From: the human T2T-CHM13v2.0 reference genome, Homo sapiens
DNA: 64,000 bases
Direction: 5' to 3' (one strand)
NCBI RefSeq assembly: GCF_009914755.1
Contig: NC_060929.1
Below, piece by piece: positions 15,430 through 29,235 of the stretch (its first letter is position 1; every line of letters starts with the position of its first letter). Below the pieces are notes generated by a model, which did not search any database, was not told the DNA's origin, and saw nothing but the letters and a program-made list of their open reading frames with translations. The position numbers were made by a program, and so were the translations under genes.

Positions 15430-16470
15430 ATTACCCAGAATATTTAAGGAACTCAAACAATTCAATAGCAAAACAAACAAACAAACAAATAATCCAATTT
15501 AAAAATGGGCAAAAGCCCTGAATAGGCATTTCTCAAAAGAAGACATAAAAATGATCATCAGATCTATTTTTTTTAATGCTCAACATCACTAATCATCAGG
15601 GGAATGCAAATCAAAATCATAAGATATCCAGTTACAATGGCTGTTATCAAAAAGACAGAAGATATGTATTAGCAAGGATGTATAGAAAAGGAAGCCTTTA
15701 TACACTGTTGGTGGGAATTTATGTAAGAGTAACCATTATAAAAACAGTATGGAGGTTCCTCAAAACTAAAAATAGAACTACCAAATGATCCGGCAATTCT
15801 GCTACTGGATATATATTCAAATGAAATAAAATCAGTATGTCAAAGAAATATTTGCATCCCCATGTTTATTGAAGCAATATTCATAATAGTTAAAATATGG
15901 ACCAACCTAAGTGTCCATTGACAGATGAATGGATGAAGAAAATGTGGTATATATACATAATGGAATATTGTTCATCCATAAAAAAGAATAAAATCCTGTT
16001 TTTTACTACAGCATGGATAAAGAACATCATGTTAAGTGAAATAAGCCAGACATGGAAAGACAAGTACTGCATGTTCTCACTCATATGTATAATCTAAAAA
16101 GGTTGATCTTACAGAAGTAAAGAGTAGAATAATGGTTACTAGAGGCTGGAGAGGGTGGAAGGAGGGATGCACAGAGGTTGGTCAATGAGTACTAAGTTAC
16201 AGTTAGATAGGAGATATCAATTCTGGTGCTCTGTTGCACAGTAGGGTGACTAGAGTCACCCTATTAACAATAATGTACTGTATACTTCAAAATAGCTATA
16301 AGAGAGCATTTTGAATGTTCTCACCACAAAGGAATGATAAATATATGAGGCAAAGGATTGCTAATTATACTGATTTGATCATTACACAATATAAACATAA
16401 ATTGAAATACTACATTTTATCCCATATGTATGTACAATTATTATATGTCAATTAAAAAATAAAATAACTA
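15430..16470 (+). mobile_element. L1MA 3' end
   Basis: QPKCPLTDEWMKKMWYIYIMEY...SEISQ..KDKYCMFSLI followed by L1MA-type 3'UTR and A-rich tail. Confidence 0.9.
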
Positions 16471-16490
16471 TGATCAATATGCTAAAGACA

Positions 16491-18284
16491 TGTATTAGTC
16501 CATTTTCACATTGCTATAAAGAACTACTTGAGACTGGATAATTCATAAGGAAAGGAGGTTTAATTGACTCACAGTGTGTCTGGAATTGGTGGGTTCTTGG
16601 TCTCACTGACTACAAGAATGAAACCGCGGACCCTCACGGTGAGTGTTACAGTTCTTAAAGGCGGCATGTCTGGAGTTTGTTTGTTCTGATGTTCGGGTGT
16701 GTTCCGAGTTTCTTCCTTCTGGTGGGTTCGTGGTCTCCCTGGCTCAGGAGCAAAGCTGCAGACCTTCATGGTGAGTGTTACAGCTCTTCAGGTGGCACAT
16801 CTGGAGTTGTTCGTTCCTCCTGGTGGGTTCGTGGTCTCGCTGGCTTCAGGAGTGAAGCTGCAGACCTTCGCGGTGAGTGTTACCGCTCATAAAGGCAGTG
16901 TGGACCCAAAGAGTGAGCAGCAGTAGGATTTACTGCAGAGAGCGAAAGAACAAAGCTTCCACAGTGTGGAAGCGGACTCAGGGGGTTGCCACAGCTGGCT
17001 CCGGTAGCCTGCTTTTATTATCTTATCTGGCCTCACCCACATCCTGCTGACTGCTCCATTTTACAGAGAGCCGAGTGGTCTGTTTTGGCAGGGCGCTGAT
17101 TGGTGCGTTTACAATCCCTGAGCTAGACACAAAGGTTCTCCATGTCCCCACTAGATTAGCTAGATACACAGTGTCCACACAAAGGTTCTCCAAGTCCCCA
17201 CAAGAGTAGAGTAGCTAAATACAGAGTGTCCATTGGTGCATTCACAAACCCTGAGCTAGACCCAGGGTGCTGATTGGTATGTTTACAAATCTTGAGCTAG
17301 ATACAGAGTGCTGATTGGTGTATTTACAATCCCTCAGCTAGACATAAAGGTTCTCCAAGTTCCCACCAGACTCAGGAGCCCAGATGGCTTCACCCAGTGG
17401 ATCCCCTACCGGGGCCGCAGGTGGAGCTGCCTGCCAGTTCCGCACGGTGCACCCGCACTCCTCAGCCCTTGGGTGGTCGATGGGACTGGGCACCGTGGAG
17501 CAGGGGGCGGCACTCGTTGGGGAGGCTTGGGCCACACATGAGCCCACGGAGGTGGGGGAGGCTCAGGCATGGCAGGCTGCAGGTCCCGAGCGCTGCCCCA
17601 CAGGGAGGCAGCTAAGGCCCCGCGAGAAATTGAACACAACAGCTGCTGGCCCAGGTGCTAAGCCCCTCACTGCCTGGGGCCTGCGGGTGGCCCGGTGGCT
17701 CCGAGTTCAGGGCCCACTGAGCTCACGCCCACCCAGAACTCGTGCTGGCCCGCAAGCGCGGTGCGCAGCCCCGGTTCCCGCCCGTGCCTCTCCCTCCACA
17801 CCTTCTTGCAAGCTGAGGGAGCCGGCTCCGGCCTTGGCCAGCCCAGAAAGGGGCTCCCACGGAGCTGCGGCAGGCTGGAGGGCTCCTCAAGCATGGCCAG
17901 AGTGGGCGCCAAGGCGGAGGAGGTGCAGAGAGCGAGCGAGGGCTGTGAGGACTGCCAGCACGCTGTCACCTCTCAACAGTTCTGCAGGCTGTACAGAAAG
18001 CATGGCTGGGGAGGCCTCAGGGAGGCCTCAGGAAGCTTACAATCATTGTGGAAAGTGAAGCGAAAGCAGTCACATCTTACATGGCCAGAGAAGGAGGAAG
18101 AGAGTGAAGGGGAAGTGCTGTACACTTTTAAACAACCAGATCTCTTGAGAACTCACTATCACAAAACAGCAAGGGGGAAGTCTGCCCCCGTGATCCAATC
18201 ACTTCCCACCAGGACCCTCCTCCAACATTGGGGATGACAAGTCAACATAAGATTTGGGCAGGGACACAAATCCAAACCATATCA
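16491..18284 (-). mobile_element. MST-type MaLR LTR split by LTR12 (pieces 16491-16574 and 17976-18284)
   Basis: tgtattagtccattttcac...ttgactcacag | acagttctgcaggctgtacag...ccaaaccatatca reads as one contiguous LTR when LTR12 is removed. Confidence 0.9.
16575..17975 (-). mobile_element. LTR12 (ERV9) solo LTR, ~1.4 kb, same orientation as SLCO6A1
   Basis: Minus strand begins TGAGAGGTGACAGCGTGCTGGCAG and ends CCAATTCCAGACACA; CCAAT tandem units; 4-bp TSD acag (16571-16574, 17976-17979). Confidence 0.95.
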
Positions 18285-18465
18285 GGACTCTATTGGAAAG
18301 AATGGACAATATGCAACAACAGATAAGTAATGTAAGGAGAGAGATGGAAACTCTAAGAAAGAATCAAAATAAAATGTGAGAAATCAGAAACACTGCAGCA
18401 GAAATGAAAAAAAATGTCTTTGATGACCTCCTCAGTAGACTGGATAGGGTCAAGAAAATACTCAA

Positions 18466-19139
18466 TGGGTGCACTTCCAAGATGGCCGAATAGGAACAGC
18501 TCCAGTCTACAGTTCCCAGCGTGAGCAACATAGAAGACAGGTGATTTCTGCATTTCCAACTGAGGTACCGGGTTCATCTCACTGGGGCTCGTTGGACAGT
18601 TGGGACAGGACAGTGGGTGCAGCCCACCGAGTGTGAGCTGAAGCAGGGGAGGCATTGCCTCACCTGGGAAGTGCAAGGGGTCAGAGAATTCCCTTTCCTA
18701 GCAAAGGGAAGCGGTGACAGACGGCACCTGGAAAATCAGGTCACTCCCACCCTAATACTGCGCTTTTCCAATGGTCTTAGCAAAGAGCACACCAGAAGAT
18801 TATATCCCGCTCCTGGCTCAGAGGGTCCCATGCCCACGAAGCCTCACTCATTGCTAGCACAGCAGTCTGAGATCAAACTGCAAGGCGGCAACGAGGCTGG
18901 GGAAGGGGTGCTCGCCATTGCTGAGGCTTGAGTAGGTAAACAAAGCAGCTGGGAAGCTCTAACTGGGTGGAGCCCACCACTGCTCAAGGAGGCCTGCCTG
19001 CCTCTGTAGACTCCACCTCTAGGGGCAGGGCATAGCCAAACAAAAGGCAGCAGAAACCTCTGCAGACTTAAATGTCTCTGTCTGACAGGTTTGTGCATTG
19101 TGCACATGTACCCTAGAACTTAAAGTGTATTAAAAAAAA
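18466..19139 (+). mobile_element. L1PA 5'UTR (~620 nt) joined directly to the L1 3' terminus
   Basis: ccaagatggccgaataggaacagctcc...aatgtctctgtctgacag followed by tgtgcacatgtaccctagaacttaaag and an A tail. Confidence 0.92.
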
Positions 19140-19149
19140 TACTACACAA

Positions 19150-21810
<2,661 letters not shown>

Positions 21811-21869
21811 AATCAGAAGGAAGGATGGAGGGAAAGGGAGAAGAAGAGAGGAAGGGAGGGAAAAAAGGC

Positions 21870-22420
21870 CTGAGTCTGGTCATCAGAAAACATCAAACAG
21901 ACCCAGATTGAAGCTCATCCTGCACTACAAAAAAACCATACTCTGTAAGACTTTCAAGGACATAAGAAACAAGAAGAAAGTATGAAGAAGTGTTCCAGAT
22001 TAAAGAAGACTTGTAAAATATGACAACTTAATGCAACATATGTTCCTGTATAGAATTTTGGCCCCAAAATGAAAAGGAGACAATATTGAGACAGCTGGCA
22101 ACATCTGGATGGGACCACCAGTTCATAATTGGATGATAGTATTGTACTGATATTCCTGCCTGTGAGGAACGATGGTTATGTAAGAGAGTGTCTCACTTTG
22201 GGAAGTTGCACACTGGAGTAGTTAGCAGTAGTGGTGCACCATGTCTGAAAAACTGGGCATGTATAGGGAAAGAGAAGGCGAAGGAACAAATGTGGTAAAA
22301 TGTTAACAGATGAAGAATCTGGTTGACTCACAGGAAGCAGGTATTGTTTGTACTGCCTTTGTATCCCTTCTTTATGTTTGAAATGATTTTAAAATTGTTT
22401 ACAATGTAAAAATAATAAAT
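21870..22420 (+). mobile_element. L1MC4/5-like 3' fragment
   Basis: catcagaaaacatcaaacagaccc...gttccagattaaagaagact...atgacaacttaatgcaaca motifs. Confidence 0.55.
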
Positions 22421-23652
22421 AGATCAATTGACAAATAGAAAAATGAAGAGAGATACCATTTTTATGAATGGAAGACTCAATATTATACCCAAACTGAGCT
22501 AACTACCTGTATGAAGTCAGTTAAGATACAGAGCTAAAAACCATATACTGTCCATCACTTGTTCAGAAACCTTCAATGGCTCCTCATTACCCACCTAATA
22601 AGGGGATTACACTAAACTAGATAATACTTGCAAAGCACCTTACTCATGACCCAACATAGTGGGAAGTAAGTACCTTTTATATCCTTTCAGAATTATGTCT
22701 GGTATTTAAAGGCCTTCATAATCTAGGCATAATCTGTCTTTTCCTTTCTTTTAAAATTCATTCATGCATCGAATACATATTTACTGAGTGTCTTCTATAC
22801 CTCAGTCACTAAGGAGACATGATGGATAATATAAATATAATTACCCCCTTATGGTGCCTAGATGAAACCATTATCCAGCCAAACTTGTCATTCACTATTG
22901 TGAAACAAGCCTTTCTAAAACAAAACACGATTCATTAACTCGCTTCCCTATTCAACAAATACTCTTTAATTTCATTCTGGCTTTCAAAACTGTACCTACT
23001 ATAAAGGCATAGTTCAAATGCTTGTTCTTCTAAGAAACTTCTTTGATAATCTCAAGACAAACTCGATGACAATTTATTAGTTTTTCTAGTATGGGTCTTA
23101 CAACATACAGCCTTTTGATTGCACTTATTTAGACCTAGCATCTTAGAGCAAAAAAGAGAACAGGTTTGTCAAATTCCAATGCCATCATTGAAAAGAGGCT
23201 AGTAAAGAATCTTGATGTAATAGGGGAGGTGAGAGCTGTGGTCAAGTAGAGAGGCATGCCAGGTCTAAAGTGTTCAAATTCACCTTCTTCAAAATATGTG
23301 GGCAAAAATAACAACCTCAAGTTTAGATTCTCTTGTATAAATTCATAGATGAGGAAAAAAGATCCAATAGAGAGTGGCTGAGCCAGAATGTCGCAAATTT
23401 GTGAGCAGGATCAGAAACCATTTAATGATCATAGACACCGTTTTCAACTTTATTTTAAACTCCAGGTGATTCAACCCAGAACTTCTCAGAGTTGGTGACC
23501 AAACAACGATAAATGACTCAACAATATCCTCTCTGCAGCTGGCTATCTGGAAGCCAGGCCCTCATCACCCACAATGTGTAGGATGGACTGTGCCAGTCAG
23601 GTTCTGGAGGAGGTGAGGCACCCAAGTTCGTGCCAGCCGGTTAACCTGTTTT

Positions 23653-24386
23653 TGAAACTACCTTTGCAAAAATTATAAATGAGGAAATTATGACAGTGAA
23701 ACAGATTGGACCTAATCCACTCCTTCTTGCTTCTAACCTTTAAACTCCTTGTTCATTCCTGGGCTTAGGCCGAACTAACTTTGGGAAGGAATTCATTTCA
23801 CAGTTTGACTCTGAAACAAAATTGATAATAGCTCTTTTCTGAAAAGATCCCCTTGTTGCCTGGGGACTAATCTGCCTTTGCAGGACTAACAAATTATCTA
23901 CAAGATTAGAAATTAAGGTTAGGGGTCATGCAGCCTCTGGCGCCAAGAGTCTGAACCTCCGCAAATTGCTCCTGGGGAAAACATCATTATTGTAAAACCG
24001 AAGCTCGGTGCTTGAGATATTTTGCAGACCCTTCACTGGATGGTTGAGCTGACACCACCCAGACAAGTAATCTGGGTCAACTAGTTCTGCCATCCCACCC
24101 AGGAACAGAAGATGGCAAGAAAACCTGACTTCAACCACACTATGATTCCCTGACCAACCTGACCAATCAGCACTCCCCAGTTCCCGAGCCCCTGCCAGCC
24201 AAATTATCTTTAAAAACTCTGATCCCATCCCAGAATGCTGGAGAGACTGATTTGAGCAATAAAAAAACTCTGGTCTCCCGCACAGCCGGCTCTGCGTGCC
24301 TTACTCTTTCTCCATGGCAATTCCCCTTCCTTGATAAATCTTCTCTGTCTAGGCAGCGGGCAAGGTAAACCCACTGGGTGGCTAAA
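23653..24386 (+). mobile_element. LTR8-family (ERV1) solo LTR
   Basis: tgaaactacctttgcaaaa...cttgttcattcctgggcttaggccgaactaactttggga...aataaaaaaactctggtctccc...cccactgggtggcta. Confidence 0.88.
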
Positions 24387-24399
24387 CTTTGATCCGACA

Positions 24400-25150
24400 A
24401 CGCCTTGAGAAGTCAGAAAGCAGCCTCAGGCTGGGCCACCCCAGGGCATGCTGGGCCACCCCAGGGCGTCCTCCGCCATACTCCCTCTCCCGCCTCCGCC
24501 AGTGCGGCCCCAGCTGCCCTCGCCACAACAAACCGCCTCCTTCAGGCTCACCTTGACATATGAGCAGGATGCAGTAGAAAATCATGAAGCAGCGAATGTT
24601 ATTGCAACACTCACAGCAGGTGCTGACTAAGCAGCCCAAACCACAGGGCTGCTCCAAACTGTCATCCACTTCTCCCGGCTTCTTGGAAACTGAGGACTTG
24701 GCTTTTTTCCTTTTTCGGAAACCGCCGAACCTTATCAAGGCCTCTGGAAGTAGTCTCAGATACCGGTGTTTTTTCCCGGGCTTCGAGGACTTCGGGGTTC
24801 CCTTGGCCCTCCTGTCCTTAGCAGGCTGGACCCGCGCGGCCTCCAGCGGCTCTACTCCCCTTGAGACTTCATCCTGGCTCCCAGAGTGCCGGGCGACGCC
24901 TACGAACATGGCTCACCCTGGGCGGCTCCTGGCGACGCGGCCCGAGTGCTCTCGGCTGCCCGTCCTGCCTGGGCCAACCCAAAGGCCAGCCTGGCGAGGG
25001 CGTCGGAGGACTCGGTGGCCACAAGGGGCTCTTGCCGCCCAAGCCTCCAGAGCGAACGTTTCTCCTAGGGCAGGAGGCAAACGTCCTCCCGGGGGTTGAC
25101 GGTTGAGAACTTCCAAAGCTGTTTTCCTTCTTTTCTTCCACGTGCGGAAG
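24400..25150. promoter_or_regulatory. SLCO6A1: CpG island / SLCO6A1 promoter and 5'UTR
   Basis: Only unique-sequence GC- and CpG-rich block in the window; overlaps the ATG; no upstream ATG on the minus strand between 24910 and 25145. Confidence 0.85.
24552..24909 (-). CDS. SLCO6A1: SLCO6A1 coding exon 1 (358 nt; MFVGVARHSGSQDEVSRGVEPLEAAR...CFMIFYCILLICQ)
   Basis: GCCATG start; recognisable OATP6A1 N-terminus; donor AAG|GTGAGC at 24552/24551, phase 1, joins exon 2 as ICQ-G-VVFG. Confidence 0.96.
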
Positions 25151-28100
25151 GAAAAAAAAAAGCTAAAACTAGATTTTGATAACTGCTAACACAGACAAAG
25201 AGCACCAGAAGCATGGAAAAAAAAAAAAAGTGGAACTGTCCGTCCCCAGTTTCCCCAGACTTACTTTATTATGGTGGCTTTCCAACTGAAAAATCTCACT
25301 AGAAACAACCTGAAAATTGTTGAAGGACCAGGAGAGAGCAGAAGACATTAAAACAACAACAACAACAACAACAACAAAAACAGTTTCACCACAGTAAAAG
25401 ATTTGGACGCACAAAAATCAGAAATCAATGTCCGACTGAATGTCCTTAAGTGAAGTGTTTTACACATAGAAATTATTGCCCTACAAACTCTATCCCAACT
25501 CAAGAACAGAAAAGATTATCATTTTCCACCTTAAATGAGGGCACGAGAACCAGAGGATTATTTTTTCAGGTATAAAAACTTTATTGAAGAGAAAGAATGT
25601 AAGCGAAGAGTAGTAGGATATGAAACGTGGCTTTCTTTTTTTAATGAAAATGCAACTTCTTATTGGTTTTCTTTTCTTAGGCTGATATATAAGCTCTTTA
25701 GGCCATGTATATGTGGAGGGTGACTTTCCAGGAGAGATGGCACTATCTTCTCTCCTATGGATTAGACATTGTGTTGCCAAAAACAATTTAGCTCTTCAAC
25801 AAGATTTTGTGCTGCTCCAATAGTGCTGGCCTGGTAGACCAGGGAAAGAAGAATTAAGAACCACTGACCTGAAGCCTGATTTCGACTCTACACTGCTTCA
25901 TGATAATAAATGTAAAAAAAAAAAAAAATCCACAGGAATCCTAGGAGGTAGGAAAGACAGTGGGGAGTGGTGGGCTCTTATTCTTGTGCTTCAAAACCAG
26001 AATAGGTACTGCTTGGGTGCAGAGCGGAAAAGACAACTCCATTAAAAATGAATGGTACTGGGAATTTTACTTCTACCCAGAATGTAGAAAGCCAAATAAA
26101 ATGTAACCCCCACTCCAATAATAACAACAACAACAAAGCTGGATAGTATGAAAAAATACTTTTTTTATCAGAGAGCTACATTTCTATAGCTATGGCTGCT
26201 GTAAAGAAACTAGGCAAATTGATTCTAAAGGACAATAAGCCCTTCAGAAAAAGGATGGGACACACAAACCATTTTACTTTTCAAAGAGCACAGAAAGAAG
26301 AAAAAGCAGTCATAAAGGAAGATAGAAACACTTGAAATTTTAATGAATTCTTAAAGGCCAAGGGAAGCTTAACAGTTTAGAAACCCTAGAAGCCTAAGAA
26401 ATAAGGGGAGTCTATACCCGTTTACCAGATCTTTGTTTAAGGGAAAAGATTTGGTCGTGGTAGACTGTCCCTGAGAAAGAAGAAGGAATACTTTCCCTCC
26501 TACCTCCACTGACCCTTCTGCTATCCAAAGCAAAAGCAGTTTTGCCTCTGGGATTGAGGCAGGAAACTCTCATGCCCTCCAGTCTGTGACAAAGGTTATC
26601 TGTTACAGAAGAAAAAACCCACTGAAGGAGGAGCAGCAAACCATCCTGTCTATGGCCTACCTTAAGATTGACTGCCACCAGAGAGAGGGATAGAAATAAA
26701 ACAGTTTGCCAAAAAGAGAGGAGCAGGAACTTCATTTCTTCCCAAGAACCCCACTGAAACAAGGCAAAGCCCGAACTTGAGGTTCAGGCATTCAGGGCAT
26801 GTCCAAAATTGAGGCTGGACCAGGGACAACCTAGCTTCTGCCTCGATGAGGAGTTTTGCATGAGTGAAAAAACAGCACTCCACCAATATAGGTGAGTCAA
26901 GAGAGCAGAGGGAAACCCTACCTGTGGTGCAAGCATACAGGACCTGCTGAAAGCTAAGGGTGGAATGGAAACACTGACAAACATACCTTCAACATTCTTT
27001 GATCAGCATATTTTTATTACATAATGTAGGACACTGTCATCCAGCTACAAAAATTGTACTCTAAGTATTTAAGTAGAAATTGTGGATATTTGTTTACCTT
27101 GCTCATTTAACCTTAGAAAACATCACACTTAATTCATTTTGGCTACCTTTATGATAGTACCATGCATGATAGAATTTCATGGTATGGATTTACTATAATT
27201 TATTTAACCACTTTCTTTTATATTGATGGGTATTGGATTGTTTTTCAATTTTTGCTCTGACCATACTGAAATTAACATGGTTGTATGTATTTTCCTGAGA
27301 CAGATCACTGATTTTAAAAATCTTTTTATAGATGATGTCGATCAGAGTTATAAAACTATCTCAATTCCAGAAATATTAAATGTGAAAAAAATTATCTTTG
27401 AATCTTAAAATGTATGCATATTAATTACATGTTTCCTAAAAGTTAGCAAGTAATTATAGTATAAAATTTCGATACAGGCAATGAAATATAGCTACCAACT
27501 AAAGCATTCCCTGATGAGTTCAGCAATCCAAGTGCTTAAGATATTCAAGAAACCAGCTTAAATTAAACAATGAATGTTTATGAGGTGCTCTTTTATATTC
27601 TCTATGTAATATCTATTTCCGCTAAATGCTCTAAACATGTAGGAAGAACTACTCACTAAAGTAACATATTGATGATAATTCATATAATCCTTTTAGCAAA
27701 TGAGCCTATGAAGTAGATAAACCGCATGATGGTGCAAATTATAATAATGTAGCTTAATATAAGATGACCTCAACTATTAAGAGATATAGAACTGTTTTCT
27801 CTTTTAGTAAATGGTTTCTCATTTGCTTTGCTTTCCTGGTAAATGATTTTTACTTCCTCCCTGATAGACAGTAGTGACATTTTGCTACAATTTCTAATAT
27901 GCTACCACCTATAATATTGCAGTGACGCTTGTTACATCTTTCCTTCACAATATAAGATTTACAGGTCCTATGTTGAAACTAATGTTAGATATCTGGGTGC
28001 TATAAGTACTATTTTTCTTGATAACTACAGACTTTTTATTTTACTTTTTGCTTTCTGTGAATCTTTTCAGTTTACTGAGATTAGAAGTCTAACTGCTAGA

Positions 28101-28199
28101 TAAGTAAAATGCTACATAATTTTTTAAGTCCAGAAGAAAACAAAGGCAACTGGAGGAAACGGGTGGGGACATGAAAGAAAGAAGCATTATATGTAATGA

Positions 28200-28375
28200 A
28201 TAAAGTATAGACTTTGCTTAGTTGATATGTGATTTGGGGTAAGTCTTTTAAACATTCTGACCCTTAATTCTTCATTTGTAAAATGAGGATAATAATTATC
28301 CCATTTGAAAAATTACTGTGAAGATTAGAAGCAATATATTAAAAGTATCTAGCTCATTTTTGGCATATGCTTAAA
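28200..28375 (+). mobile_element. MIR
   Basis: ttcttcatttgtaaaatgaggataataat core. Confidence 0.7.
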
Positions 28376-28654
28376 CAAAGATAATTATGTTTCAAATTAT
28401 TAGAATAATGAGCCACCATATTAAAAAGTAACTACTGTTATATATACCTCCCTACAAGTCAGACCCTCATTGGTGAGTAGAGATTTACCAATTGAGGGGG
28501 AAAACCTATCAGCAAATGTTTTCACAAAAGGCTGTAAAGAGATGGCAACATTTCAGATTATCTGTAATGAACTGGTAGAATTCAGATAAGTAATAATGTT
28601 TGCAGGAGGCATAGCAGACTAAGTTGATGTTTGTTGTGAGGTACATTAGAGGTA

Positions 28655-28983
28655 TTTTTCTTTTCCTTTCTTTTTTTTTGAGATAGAGTCACACTCTGTC
28701 ACCAAGGCTGGGGTGCAATGGCCCAATCTCGGCTCACTGGAACCTCTGTCTCCTGGGTTCAAGTGATTCTCTTGCCTCAGCCTCCTGAGTAGCTGGGACT
28801 ACAGGTGCGTGCCACCACACCTGACTTGTTTTTTGTTTTTGTTTTTGTTTTTGTTTTGTATTTTTAGTAGAGACAGGGTTTCATAATGTTAGCCAGGATG
28901 GTCTCAATCTCCTGAACTTGTGATCCGCCTGCCTTGGTCTCCCAAAGTGCTGGGATTAGAGGTGTGAGCCACCAAACCTGGCC
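28655..28983 (-). mobile_element. AluS with expanded (TTTTTG)n middle linker
   Basis: Reverse dimer; TSD cattagaggta. Confidence 0.95.
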
Positions 28984-29235
28984 CATTAGAGGTAATGTTT
29001 AAGACACTTAGGAAGAAAATCAAGTGCTGTGACAATAAGTTGTAAAGCTTCATGAAGTAGCTTCAGGGACAACAAATTACCCTGATGGGGAGAGAGCTAG
29101 AATCAAAAGTGGAATAATATTTAGATCCCCAGAAATGGTTCCCTACCTGAGACCTTATGGAAACAGAGACAGTCAGAAGAAACTGGGAGGCCTGGAATCT
29201 TACAATTAAGAAATGTGTAAACATTGAAATAAACA

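Noticed and set aside
16600-17360. Regularly recurring repeats resembling a CRISPR-like array
   Set aside because: Known internal tandem units of LTR12 in a eukaryotic context; no unique spacers or cas genes
17308-18237. 224-aa and 180-aa ORFs
   Set aside because: Lie within GC-rich LTR12/MST sequence; low-complexity translations
24382-24551. Extension of the exon 1 ORF to 175 aa
   Set aside because: Read-through past a strong GT donor; OATP similarity continues in exon 2 instead
24584-25099. 171-aa plus-strand ORF antisense to exon 1, and other overlapping short ORFs
   Set aside because: Expected shadow of a GC-rich coding exon and CpG island; no recognisable domain
26050-26990. 116-aa and other ORFs upstream of the promoter
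   Set aside because: Sequence looks like a decayed old L1 5' region; no splice or domain support, and family not assignable by eye
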